A stretch of 64,000 bases of DNA from Paramecium tetraurelia (Eukaryota), in assembly GCA_000165425.1 (NCBI GenBank), contig CT868023.1:124001-188000 (forward strand), in the 5' to 3' direction. Both the position numbers and the translations under genes were made by a program. The notes under the pieces were generated by a model. It saw nothing but the letters and a program-made list of their open reading frames with translations, did no database searches and had not been told where the DNA came from. Every line of letters starts with the position of its first letter. The stretch's first letter is position 1. Shown here piece by piece: positions 1 through 13,423 of the stretch.

Positions 1-1210
1 CTTTCAACACTATTTCGCCATTAAAATCTTATAATTTAATAGGATTTCTTGGATTAAAAATTTTAGGTTGTCTATCTAAGATTTCATACATCTAAGCTGC
101 TGCTGCTTAACCTTTAGCAAAGTTCTAAACACATGGTCCTGCTTATCCTAAAGAAAAGCCTCCAGTTACTATAGCAAAGAATATTGTCATAACATCTCCA
201 ACTTTGTAAACATCTCCTTAATTATGATTGTATGTCTAAAATAATTGCTTATTGTTTTACTTAATCTGAAATTAACTTTGCACCATACCAAAATCCTAAA
301 GCATATGACCATAAACTAGCTGCCCACAATAAACCTATTGCAATTCCTACTCCTAAATCATATTTCATCGTTTTATGTGCTGCTCCCTCTAAAAGTTGAT
401 AATACTTTCCGTGTTCGTACTCCTCTCCATCTAACATTTTAACAGTCTTTATTGAGTTTATTGCCTACTCTGCCAAAGCTCCAGCTTCGCTATATGCCGC
501 TTAAGTTGCAGCTGCTGATTGTTGAATCACCACAGAAAATATTGACATTATTATTGTCAAGGCTGGTAGGGTGGCTGTTATTACTATTGCTAATTGCCAA
601 CCCCTAAATCATTGTTAGATTCATTACCAAATATATCCATATAGAAATCCAAAAAAAGTCATCGAAAAGGTCATTATAAAGGTTGGAACCTTCTCCCCTA
701 TTGCACCTTGCACTGCGAAGGATTCATTTGCCACCTTACTATTCAACTCGTTTGGATTGATAGTATCAAACCACCCCACTTCCTGGTGCAATATTGCTTT
801 GAAGTAGTTTTTTCTAAATTCTATCCCCTATCTTTCTCCAGATATCATCCAAGTTGAAAACATTGTGAATGACAAAATTCCAGTCCCGATAGCAACTATC
901 AAGAACCACCTTTAAAATAAAATTTGAAAATGTACAATGCATTCCACCCCGCCTGTCTAACCATCTCGTCTCCAGCTTCCTAAAATGAATTTATCATAGA
1001 TCCGAATATCAAAGAAAAACTGGGAATGGCTCCACCATTCAAAAATGCTGCTATTGATCCCAAAACCATTAATGCTATATCTTCCTTTTTTGCAAATCTA
1101 AATAGATCAAAATAAGCTATCATTTTAGGTTTCTCCTCATTTGCCTTTACTTCTTAGATTTTATCACTAGCATGTATCTTAACTTCAGGTTTATCTTTCC
1201 CCTAAGACAT
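1..1210 (-). CDS. ABCB/MDR (P-glycoprotein-like) ABC transporter, 5' part (runs off window)
   Basis: ATG at 1210 gives MSQGKDKPEV...YFDLFRFAKKEDIALMVLGSIAAFLNGGAIPSFSLIFGSMINSF, then RKNYFKAILHQEVGWFD and VQGAIGEKV, all typical of the first ABCB transmembrane domain. Short introns occur near 910-935 and 605-628. Confidence 0.92.
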
Positions 1211-1552
1211 TATATCTAATTTTTATTTCTGAAGAACAAATAAGTAAATCTTAGTTTTATTTCTTTTATAAATTCCTTCTGTTGATATACGATAAGTAAT
1301 CTTCAGAAACACGCTTAAATCCCACCAACTGGAAGATTTCCTCCTCAATAACATTTCCAAAGACTTTATTACCCTAATTCTAAATCAATTGTTGAAGAAT
1401 TATGCTGAAAAATGTTTAATCAGATATTCACACCAAAATTGGAATCTCTATATAAAAAGCCAATTTTGGTGAGATTTGACTCAAAACATTAACAATATAC
1501 AAGTTTAACCTAAGTAGTTTCATTGATGTAACATGTATAATATAGAATAAGG

Positions 1553-3048
1553 ATGAATAATAACTAAAGTTTTATATTATAAAAAGGAAATACTAAAATA
1601 ATTATTATAAGGAGAATGATTTTTTATTGAGTTTGTTAAAACATTAAAAAGAAATATCATATTTGTCTTCCAAGTAATATAATATTATCCCTTTTTTGGG
1701 TTCAACATTTTTAAGTTTAATACTTGTTCTATAAGAATGATGAATTACTATTTTGAATATCATACATTAGCAACGAAGTCTCGAAATTACCAATTTTAAA
1801 TATATAAATCGGATGGAAATTTGAAGTTTTCCCTAAATTTCTAATATTTGAAATTTGAGGGATAAATAAATTCTTTTATTAATTATTCAATAGTTCATTT
1901 ATACAAATATGAAGAAAGTTTAATTGTTCATAAATTTGAAATATAATAAAATATTATTTCTAGTATCCTCATTCTTATATATAAAGAAGTTAAGAGATTC
2001 AATTCTAAAACGCTAACTAAATTCCAATGTTTATAATGTTAAAATCATATCTGATATTAAGTTCTCTATTATATGTATAAATATGAATTAATTTAAAGAG
2101 GCACATCACTTTAGAAATGATCTTCTATCATGATTAAAAATCACACAAATATGGAAGAATATCAATCAAATGAATTATATATTCAATAAAATTATTAATT
2201 CACTTCATTATAATAGATGTTTCCAATTCTATTTGTCCAATAATATATATGATTTTCTCTTAGGGTGGGATCAAATAGATTTCCATATTTTAAACGAGCA
2301 CTCATTTATTCTTAAAATGATGCTAAGAATAGAACACAATAAGAAAATCCAATCAGTGCTTATGCTCCCAAAATATTAGTATATTTAGATTATTGGAGAA
2401 ATGCTTAGAAAAACGATTTTTTATTTTGTTGAATTACTTCAAATTTAAGAATTTCTAAATGCAAATTGAAAGCTTATGTTGTGTTGAAAAGATGATCTAG
2501 AGGTAATTTAACAGAATCAAAACGGAGTGAAGAGGATTTTAGTGGAATATTTAGAATTTTAAAGGTGTTATTTAACTTTTGAAATTTCTAGTATTATCTA
2601 TTATGTAAATCTAATGAACAAACAAGAATCACTGAATTATTACATTAAGTTAGTTTAAGAATATTCTCTTTGAATGTCAAATGATTTACTTATATACTTT
2701 AGAAGAAATCAAATTCAATATTAATAATTTACTTTAACAGTTGTTAGTATTAGATGGAATATTTTTACAATTTTCACATAAGAAAGTCAAGTCAGTTATG
2801 GCAGGATTCTAAATGATGATTCTGAAACTCTTAGGATAATTTATTTACCAATAAGTAAATGAAGAATCAATTTTTAGATTATGCCTGGAAGAGAGTATGT
2901 AACTAGACATATTTATTGGAGACTAGTCTTAATTCTATTATGAATTCTTTGATTAATTTGAAATACTTAAAGACTCCTTTATTTTGTGATAAAAAATTAT
3001 TTACTACTTAAATTCTCAGAATGGATGCATCATACAATTAATGATGTT
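1553..3048 (+). CDS. Hypothetical protein (exon structure uncertain)
   Basis: The ORF at 2170-2379 continues through TAG=Gln. Long TGA-free stretches end at TGA 3046-3048. No motif recognised and the start is tentative. Confidence 0.4.
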
Positions 3049-3254
3049 GATAGAGAAGTTCAACATAAATATTGTGATAATTTGAAAAAATTAAACAATA
3101 GAGAATGAGAAATTAATGTACATCTTAAATTTAATTGTTCTTTATAATTATTGAATTGACAAATATATCAACCGAAAAAGCGTTCAGCATTGCAAAATGT
3201 TTAAAAAAGGAAACATTTGAAATAGTTAATTGAATTAAATTTATATATTAATTA

Positions 3255-4507
3255 ATGGGCAATAACCACGCCAATCAGTTCGAGAACCCGTATGATATCT
3301 ACAAAACATACTAAGTAACATCCCTTTTGAAAATTTAGAATCACTGGTACGTTGGAGTGGAAAGGGAAGTCTAAAAACTAGGATATCATATCAATGTCAG
3401 ATCAGATCGTTTTCATAAAAGCAACTTTCTTTCCTTATACTAAATAATCAAACCTAAGGCTGAGTCAATTATAACAACAAGTACTAACGAATCTCTCTTC
3501 GCAACAGAGTTAGAAAATATAAAACGAAGCAAAAAAACAATAGATCCATTTAAAGAATTTTAAGTTACAACATTACTCTAAGATTGTGATCCTTGTTTTC
3601 AAGATTATGAGAAATAAGTCATTAATTAATTATCGACTCTTTCTGGCAGCTTGTTGGAAATCTTTTAAACTTTTCTACAAACATAACTGCCCAATACTAG
3701 TCAAGAATTAGATACATTATTAATTAAATTTCGAGATTCATTTGTTTAAGTAATTAAATAATTAATTTTTAGATTTTAATACATTATTATGATCTTAGAC
3801 ACTATGCTGCAATAAATTAATGCCAATTTCTAACTCTATAATCACTTTAGTGCCTTGTCACTAATATGATTTTTAATTATGAGATATCTTCCTATGTTTA
3901 CTAAATTAAAAAGTTGGAATAGATCGGCGAAAATGAAAGGATACACCTCAAATTGATCTAATCTCAAAACAAAACCCTTGCAGATTTTGGAACTTCTATT
4001 AAGTTTTGCTTGGATTGCACTACCAGAGATTATATTCAATCCAAAATATCAACTAAAATTAATACAAATCCTTTCATTACTACTCCTGTACAATAGGATA
4101 ATTACTAAACTCTTATCATAGAGGATGTTGATCTTACTTCGATACCCTCACGACCTTAAGCAAGGTTGCTTTAAGGCACTTTTTTTCATCAATCCCCTTT
4201 TGAAAAAGCTATATAGGCCTTACAACTTATTTAATTTAGATAGACTCCTCATCATAAAATAAAATAATTAATTCTGTGTTTTCAATGTATATATTCTACA
4301 ATTTTGGATTATTATCAATAATTTGCTTAACAACCATCAAATATGAGTACCGATGAAATGATAACAATATTTAATTATGTTCTATGCAAGTCTAAACTCT
4401 AAAATCCATACACTCACTTTGAAATAATGCAGAGGTACTTGGGAAATTTAGATGGGGTTGAAGGCATCTATCTAACCATAATGGAGGCCACCTTTTATAT
4501 TGATTGA
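3255..4507 (+). CDS. VPS9-domain protein (putative Rab5-family GEF) with an N-terminal MG
   Basis: Starts MGNNHANQFENP. The C-terminus FEKAIQALQLIQFRQTPHHKIKQLILCF...MSTDEMITIFNYVLCKSKLQNPYTHFEIMQRY...EGIYLTIMEATFYID* matches the VPS9 layout (Asp motif, then YxLTxxEA). Confidence 0.78.
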
Positions 4508-4893
4508 ATTAATATCTTTTTTCTCTTATATCTTCATTCACATTTAACTTTTCAATATATGACTTAATATTTTCTATAAATCTAAGTGTTAGATCTTATT
4601 AGTCGATAATATATATATCATATTTTATTTTAATCAACATTCTAAAACAATTAAAAGAGAAGTATAATTTAGTGAAAATTAAAAAAAGTATAATATAATA
4701 TACCAAATCTCATACAATTTCTAATTAAGTATATTTAGAATAGCAAAGCTAATATAAAACAATAATTATTAAAATAAGAAAGTAATTAACTTTTTCTTAG
4801 AACAATTAAGAAATATTATCTCCAGGATTATCATTCTAAGATTTGATTAAATATTGTTTACTCCTTTATTTTTATATTAGCTAGTTTTTTTTT

Positions 4894-7197
4894 ATGCAAT
4901 TCAATTATAAATATAATTAGTAGTAAAAATAAATTAATAATTAAATTTAATTTTGTTAATAGAAATTTGAAATGAATAATCAGGATTAGAATAAGAAGCA
5001 TTTTGTTTATAATTTTAATCAATAAGAGATGATTAAACAAGTTTAATAAAAAATACAAAGCCTAGAAGAGGATTAAAGAAGACATGAGAAAAATATTAAA
5101 GATGATATTTACGCATTATAAAATTTTATTAGCATGAATTTATCGATGGAATTCGACATTTTTGAAAATGATAGGAATATGCAATTAAAGATTTAAAGCA
5201 AGGAGTTGGATAACAAAAAAATAATCTAAGATGAAATTAAAAAATAATTAGTATTTGATCTTGAAGTTCATTTTACAAGGTTCATGGAACATTAATAGAA
5301 ATGTAATTATAATTAATAGCAATATAATAATGAAATTTAAGTAAATAAATATGAATAAGAAATAAATTTATTGAAAGAGAATGTCGGTTATTTTAAAATG
5401 AAGATGGAAGAAATGGAAAAAGCAATCTACTAAACAAATCACCTGCATTAAAAATATAAAAATTTGGAGAATGAAATTAGTAAAATATAACCGTTATAAC
5501 CAACGTTAGAATAGAACATTTAGAAATTTTAAGAGATAGATCTAATAAAAAAATATTAAAGTGAAATTTCTGAGAGATTTTAAAAATTAGAAAGAAAAAA
5601 TGATGAAAAATATTTATAAATAAATAAATTGGTTAGCGATTAGAAATGCAACATAGATGAATTATAAAGTTAATTATCTCTTTCCTACAATCAATTAAAT
5701 ACTTAATCAACGAAAAATCTTTAAAATGATTTAATTGAGGAATTTAAGTTATTAGAAAGTAAAAATTAAGACAAATTAATGTAATTGGGTAGGTTGTTAA
5801 ATGAATAGGTCTAAAAACAATAAAATGACCATAATATATTAACTCAAGTCATTAATTAAGCTTTTTAAAAATAAGATGAGATAAATAATAAATTATAATA
5901 ATTAGAAAAAGATATAAATTCTATTATAAGTAATAAAATTAACACCCCAATGACATAATAACCAAATGACATTACTCAATCGCCAATTTTTGGATAAATA
6001 AATTAAAATGGAATTCCTTAAGGTTTTAAACCTCCAATGACTTTATAAGGCTAAGGTAAAGAATAGACTAAAGTTTTCCCTGAATAAAAACTAAGCAGTA
6101 TTTAACAATTTGTAAATTTATAAAAAAATAATATCACTTTCAACTCCCCCATTTAATAATAATAACCGTAAGTTTTAATTCCTTTTTAACAAATTTAAAT
6201 TCCTGGCTAATAAACTATTTAAGGTGAATATTCTTCCTAACAAAAGTAGTCAATGATATAAATAAAAAATTATGCCAATTAACCAAATAATATTAAATTT
6301 TAGAGTTAGATTAAATAATCCTTAGCCTAGATAATAGATGTCAATTTTCCGACTTAAATTACACTAATTTAAAAGGATTTAAATAGATGTCAAAAAATTT
6401 AAAGAATAATTAATTAAATATATGATTAAACAACCAGAAGGAGATCAGCTTCTGGAGAATATTAATATTTTATTAGAGAAGAGGAGGATTACTTTTAACT
6501 TTAAAAACACTATGGAATAAGAACTATCTAATAAAAATAATAGTTAAAGGAAATATGTAATGCATTCAGACAAGCTAGAGGGGATGGAAATTGTTTTTAT
6601 ACTGCTTTTGGGTTTTAAGTAATATAAATTTTTATAAGAGAATATTCTAGTTATGAATTTAACTAATTAATTGATAAATTAAATGGACAGTTTAAATGTT
6701 AAATCAAACTTTAAAATGAAAAGTTTGATGGTGATGAATTCCATAATTCTGCTTATTATGAATTTTTATATAGATTATAAGAATTAGAAAAGTATAGAAT
6801 ATAGAGGATAGAATTAAATTATTTACTTAACATTTTTAAGCTTACGATGCAAATCAAAACTAAGAAATTGATGGTTGCCTATATGGGTTATCAACAATAT
6901 TCTTTAGAAATCTAGCTTATTATGTAGTATAAAATAGCGAACAATAAGATATGATCGATGATTAATAAGCATTGTTACAGTGGGAAACTGAATGCAACTC
7001 AAACGAAATAGTCATTAAATTATTAGCAGATTATTTAAACATGTAATCTTTAATTATTCAATATCTTTAGAAATATTAAACTTTTGTTTTTTGATAAAGG
7101 AGAATTCTCTTAGAGAGAATATAATTAAAATTCTTAATTATCAATTTTATTATTGATTTAGCCAGGCCATTATAATATTGGTTTAAAAAATCCCTGA
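4894..7197 (+). CDS. Otubain-like (OTU/peptidase C65) deubiquitinase 1 with a long coiled-coil/Gln-rich N-terminus; apparent frameshift near 6799
   Basis: Cys motif RQARGDGNCFYTAFG at ~6568-6612, WETECNSNEIVI, intron ~7043-7070, His motif QPGHYNIG, TGA 7195-7197. The 5' end is uncertain (possible upstream exon). Confidence 0.8.
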
Positions 7198-7880
7198 AAA
7201 AGCCATTTATACGATATAAATACTCAATAATTAATTTTATTATTATTTATAAATTCTTATCTGGTTTATTTTTAGAGTTATATTAAAACTATTCTTTGAT
7301 TTCTTGTAGAATTAATTTTACTAAAATTTATTATATCAGTTAAAATGGCTACAGCCCATCTAGATTGGTCAAAGAATCAACAACAGGTTAGGAATTTAAT
7401 GTTATAGGAACAATTGATCAAAATATGAAGCTTGGTATGATTTATGCAAATATGACTTTAGGAAATTCCATAATTAACCAAATTAAAAGGAAGTTTGGTC
7501 ACACATTGAAGTAAGATGGAGAACTTAACTTTTGACTTTTATTCACATCTTAAATTAATTATTTTTTTAATATAATAATTCTTAAAGATTTTCTCCAAGC
7601 TAAACTTCATAACTTATTATTAAATCATAAATTATAAATTTAGTAAGTATATTATTTAATTAAATCATAAAGAAATATTTAATCCATATTCAAAACGACA
7701 ACAAAATCTCAATTATATACTATCAAAATATTAATGACAGTTTTACTTGAATTACAATCACAAACTTTAATATAATTAAAAAATCTGAAATAATTTTATT
7801 GATGATTTTAATTTTTTTATCTCTTAAGTATTCTATTAAATTTTCTAAATAATTTATAATTTTAACGAATATATTCATTT

Positions 7881-9340
7881 ATGCATTAACCTTAGAAATA
7901 ACCAAAATCACCTTTCAAGTAAAGTTATTGATATCATTTCAAGACAAACTGAGAATATTGGAAATGAATACTAATCTAAAATTCAAAGAGAGGATATCTA
8001 CAACTTTAAATTTGATAACTAGAGTAAATAGAAAGCCTAGGAGTAGTGCTTAAAAAAAGAAGTTGGCAAATCAAAATTACAGGATAAGTTACCCATTAGC
8101 AAATCTGCTATTGGAAATTAATAGCAATAAAATACAGAATTTTAACATATTCCAAAATAACCAATAAATTAACCAAAAAAGGATATTTAAAAGCAGAACA
8201 AAACCAAAAAAAGCAATACCAAGAAACAATAAAGTCAATAATATTTACCGAAATTGAATAAAGAGAAAAAAAAGCCTTTTGATTATAATCTTATTTAAAA
8301 ATCAGGTAATGTTGAAAAACAGAAGAAATCTGAAGATAATATTAATAAATTTAATGAATAGAATTAGGATGTCAAAATAGGTAATCAAGAAATAAATATC
8401 AACAATAATGAAGAAACAAATACCAACAACATTGAAGAAATATAGACCAACAATAGTGAAATACCTTAGCAAATTAATTAAGACGAATACAAAGACGAAA
8501 ACTAGCAATTAAATATAAAATTTCAATCAAATGAAGCAAGACTACAAAAAACTATAAAAATGATTAAAAATCTACAAAATATATCATCAAATAAACGACA
8601 TATGGAAGAAAGGTATAAATATTATCTAAGAGAGACGGAGGACTTCAACTCTTTATGTAAACAGTATTAAATTCAGAAATTAATGCAAAAATAAAATTTA
8701 AAATAGCATTGCAATAGTATTTAGTTTGTAAGGGGAGATGGAAATTGTTTTTATACTGCATTTGGGTATCAATTATTGAAACATTTACTATGTACTTTCA
8801 GTAATTCTTAATCAATATGATCAATTCATCTAATTTATTTTAGATGAAAAAGAGTTTAAATTTAAAATAAATTATGATAATTTTTAAATAAATGACTAAG
8901 AATTGTTAGCAAGAATTTCTTTATTAACTTTAGTAACTTCGTCTGATTGAAGAAGAAGATGATCGAAAGCTATAACTTTAATCATAATTTGCTGAACATG
9001 AGATATAAGAAAATGGTTAAGGTTGCTTTAACAATCTTTCCACGATATTCTTAAGAAATTTATGTGATGCTGTCTTAGAATGTAGTGAGATGAAAGAGTA
9101 TTGCCTTGATAGAGAAAACTTGCTAATTTGGGAGGCTGAATGCAATAATAATGAAATTATCATTTAAGCACTTGCATCATAATTGAAAATGTAAACTTAT
9201 CATTTCTAATTTTAGGTCATGTTAAACTGATATTTTTTTCGAACAGTAACTATATCATTTAGGAGTATGAAAAAGATTATTAAAATGAAATTATTCTTCT
9301 TATATAACCAGGACATTATAACATTGGATACAATAATTGA
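7881..9340 (+). pseudogene. Otubain-like deubiquitinase 2, disrupted by three frameshifts
   Basis: FVRGDGNCFYTAFGYQ (~8725-8772), LLIWEAECNNNEII and QPGHYNIG are all present but lie in different frames. There is an in-frame TGA at 8818-8820 and frame changes at ~8812, ~8906 and ~9216. Confidence 0.72.
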
Positions 9341-9935
9341 TTGAATAAAAACAATTTTATTGTATAATTTTTGTTTTAATCTAAAATCAAATAATTTTCT
9401 TAGATTTTAATCATAAAAATAACATTCATATTATCATCAAAAATGTCGATATAAACTTATTTTTTAAATTTCATCAAAGAATACTAATTAAAATTAGATA
9501 TATTTTTGTTCTGTTTGAGTCTTAAATCAGACATGCTCAAAAATCAATCTCTATTATTAAATATGAATTGAGTAATCATAATTTAAATTTGATATCTTTT
9601 TTTCTAGAATTCCTAATGTAACTGCTTCTTAGTTCTAATTTAAGTAAAATTAATTTGTTTCACCCTTAGCCAAATTTAAATTTACAATAAACTTATTTAT
9701 ATTTTATAATCATAAAAGTAGCTTTAAAAAATACAGGAGTAAATCATTATAAATTTAAGAGGGCCAATCAAATTAATCTACACGTCAAAAGTTACTAGTT
9801 AGTCTAATATTTATTAAAGCTTACATTAAAATTACTTATAAAACTAAATTATAATTATTCTATCTATAGTTATAAAATACTATTTTATAACTTCAAAATT
9901 GTATTTGATTAAATAGCAAAATATTTTTTTTTTAA

Positions 9936-11315
9936 ATGATGAGTCATTATAGTGATCTTGAATTTCTCTATGGTGATAATGGGGCTAAGAATGTTTAAGA
10001 TTTAGAATTGATTATGTAATAGGAAGAAGCTGTCTCTCCAAATATTTTTGCAGTTGTCATAATTCATTAATTGAGCAATAACATTGAATAGACTATCTCA
10101 AGAAATGACGTTATAGCAGCTATAGAACAAATTATAAAGAGAAAATTCTAGGGAGAAATGGTAATTAACATGTCTAATAAATAGAAGTAAGTAAGATCAA
10201 TTGATGTGAAAATTGAACCAATACTATCAACTTCTGTTAAAAAGGCTTGTTGCCTGATTTAAGTGGAGGAAAGCATAATTCAATAATTAAAAGGAAATAA
10301 AATGCCTTTATAGTTTAGTGACAAAGATCAAGATAAGGAGTTGAATGCAATTTTTGAGGTTACATTTTTTGAATTCAATGAATTTAATTAATGTAATCTA
10401 TTGAGGAATGGAAAATTTGCTAAAGAATTTGCAGTGATCAGACCATATTAAGAGTCTTAAAGGTTAACATCCATAATCTTGTCCATCAATAAAATGGATT
10501 AACAGATTTACGCAATAAAAAAAGTAAGAATAACGGGAGAGTTTACTTGGCAGAAATTATACTATAATAAAATTACACAAATTAGAGAAGTCAAAGCTAT
10601 GTTACGCCTTTAACATCCAAATGTAATTAGATTATATAGTTGGTGGATCGAAGAAGAAATTAGAGAAAGAAATAACAAATATATTTATCTTTATTAGCAA
10701 TTAGAATATGATTCATATTTAGGTTGCAATAATTTATTGTAATTTAGTTTGATACACCTATCAAAAGCATCAGAAAAAGAGAAAAGAAAAACTATGCAAT
10801 CTTTAATACATTAATTAATTTCTGGGTTGGAATACATTCATAATTAAGGATTCTTTCATAGAGATTTAAAGCTAGAAAATCTTCTAATTACTTAAGATGA
10901 TGCTGGAGAGATGGCTCTAAGAATTTGCGATTTTGATTGGAGCATATCTCATTAAAATGATGATGGATAAAATAATAATTAGCTAATATTTAGTAAATAT
11001 TATGGAACAACAGAACTCAAAGTTGGGTTATAAAGGAGAGAAATAGTTTATGATGCAAGAGAAGAATTATTTTAAGTTGGAATAATTATATTGGATCTCT
11101 GTGATCCAACTTTTACTAAGGAAGAAAGAATTTAAATTCAAATGAATGCCACAAATAAGTAAAATCTAAGTCTATTTTATAGTATATTTAGACCCCAAAT
11201 TCTATAAAATTATAAACTTGAGTTACAAATTATTTAAGCATTACTTAGGAAAGATTTTTAATCTGTATAAAAGTTTAGAACTTCACAACTTTATAATCAA
11301 TACATGCAAATGTGA
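9936..11315 (+). CDS. Atypical protein kinase, eIF2-alpha kinase (PEK/GCN2-family)-like
   Basis: NKMDQQIYAIKKV, REVKAMLRLQHPNVIRLYSWWIE, LYQQLEY, HRDLKLEN and TFTKEER are present. There is no Gly-rich loop, DFG reads DFD, and there is no APE motif. One clear intron lies near 11159-11192. Confidence 0.78.
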
Positions 11316-11457
11316 TTAGAAAATATTTTGATATCATTTAATAACCATTTTATTTTTAATGTTGTATTCTTTATGTACTAAAATCTCAATTATTTTATCA
11401 TATTATTAATTATAGTTAGTTATATTCATAAGTGTTTCAATGTGTAATTATAAGTTA

Positions 11458-12926
11458 TCACTAATATTAAGCCCAATAAAGAGCAGATATGTGGCTTATT
11501 GTCTTGCTTTATAAAGTTTTGATTATCACTTCTCTTTGATAACCATATTGTTCAATCTATAAAAAATAACAATTAATAAAATACTTAGCAAATAATTCTT
11601 AAATCTAAATTTAAGTTTGCTTACTATTTTGTATACTTGAAATCAATATCTTTCATCCAAGTGTGCTTCATAATTTCAGGTAAGGTACATCTTAATTTAG
11701 GATTGATATTTAAAATAGATTTCATCAAATCTACAGCTTCATTTGAAAGATTTGCCTTCTTAATTTCCATAAAATTTAATTATCCACTCTAAATCTATGA
11801 GTTTAGTTCATTCATATTGTTTCCCTTGAATGGAGTTTTACCAACCAATAAAACATACAGAAGAATTCCTGAGCTCCAAATATCACTTGCAAATCCCTCA
11901 TATCCAGCCTTTTAAGTCATAATCTCAGGAGCCAAATAAGCAGGGGTTCCACATTATTCTAATATCTTTTACCCCTTTACAATTTATCTACTTACTCCAA
12001 AATCACATAATTTTATTTATTCCCCCTAAAATAGTATATTGTCTAATTTAATATCTCTATGCAATATATTGTGATTTTGCAATATTTAAAGTGCTAATAC
12101 TAATTGTCCAAAAATATTTTTGGCCATTTATTCAGATAATGGTTTTTCTTTAGTAAATTTTATTAAGTCTCCTCCTTCTACATATTCCATAATTAAATAA
12201 ATTTGTCTTTTGGTTTCAAAAACTTCGTATAATCGAATGCAGCATTTATAAGGTTATAAGAGTTTCATTAAAGCTATTTCCTGCATCAATCTTTTTTTAG
12301 CACTATCATTTTTTAGACTTGATTTATCAATTATCTTCATTGCCACTTTTACTCCAGTCAAAATTTGAATCCCTAAACAAACTTTAGCAAATGCCCCTTT
12401 CCCTATTACAGAACACAGCTGCCTATTTTAAGTCATTATATCAAACCTTATAATAATCTACTGTGGTTGTAGGTATTCTTTTTTTCACTTTAATCGTATT
12501 TGATATCCTGTTAGCCAAAATTACTCGTTCTTTCATTAAATCTTCATCCATCTTAAACTGCGGTTCATTTAACTATAATAAGAAATCTTAACAATCTGCT
12601 AATTCAACTTCAGGACCTAATTAGTCCCCTAATAGTCTTGGAATTTTATCTTCTTTAGGCCCATTTGAAGCAGATCTTGTGCGAGCAGAAGATGTAGATC
12701 TAGTCACACTAATATTTGTTGTTTGCTTTTTCTATTTGACTAAATCTATTTTCACAGCTTCCACCTTATTATTCTTATTTTTAGCAATTGAAGTAACAGG
12801 ACGAGATGCTATTGGTTTAGGCAATGATTTCACAGAAGAATAATTGGAATGGCGAGATTAATTTGTAGATAGTGTTATGCATTTCACCTATTTAACCTGC
12901 TGATTTAATTTCTTCAGTTAACTCAT
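11458..12926 (-). CDS. Ser/Thr kinase, CAMK group (SNF1/MARK-like), with a UBA-like tail
   Basis: IGKGAFAKV, VAMKII, HRDIKLDN, CDFGVS, CGTPAYLAPE and DIWSSG; tail QIEQYGYQREVIIKTLQSKTISHISALYW. Confidence 0.9.
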
Positions 12927-13273
12927 TATAAACAGTTAATTTATTAAAAATATATAATAAAACACATTCTATTTATAATAAATCCTTTTCTTAGAATTAA
13001 ATTCAAGGTTTCTATTATTATTTCTCTGATTTTTTAAGAAAACTTTCCCTAAAATTATTGTATTTTCTCAATTTATTTTAATTATCTATTTTAATTCCTT
13101 CGAAGAAACAGGAATAAGATAAATTCAAATTATATTGCTTTCTCATATAATTTATAATAAATTGTCTGATGTATTCATGATCAAAACTATCGTTCAAACT
13201 CTAACAAAATAAAAATAGAACTATATATTATTTTATTATATATTTATATAATATAAAATTATATTTATTTAAT

Positions 13274-13423
13274 NNNNNNNNNNNNNNNNNNNNNNNNNNN
13301 NNNNNNNNNNNNNNNNNNNNNNNNNNNNNNNNNNNNNNNNNNNNNNNNNNNNNNNNNNNNNNNNNNNNNNNNNNNNNNNNNNNNNNNNNNNNNNNNNNNN
13401 NNNNNNNNNNNNNNNNNNNNNNN
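13274..13423. other. Assembly gap (150 N)
   Basis: Run of N bases. Confidence 1.

Noticed and set aside
7340..7535. Short TGA-free + strand reading (NGYSPSRLVKESTTGQEF...) between OTU-1 and OTU-2
   Set aside because: No convincing start or recognisable motif; possibly a gene remnant.
8801..8843. A 43-nt GT..AG intron rescuing OTU-2
   Set aside because: It is longer than the other introns here, removes paralog-conserved sequence, and leaves two more frameshifts downstream.
8895..8915. The OTU-2 deletion as an erroneous IES excision
   Set aside because: The inferred loss is ~11 nt, below the ~26-nt minimum for Paramecium IES excision.
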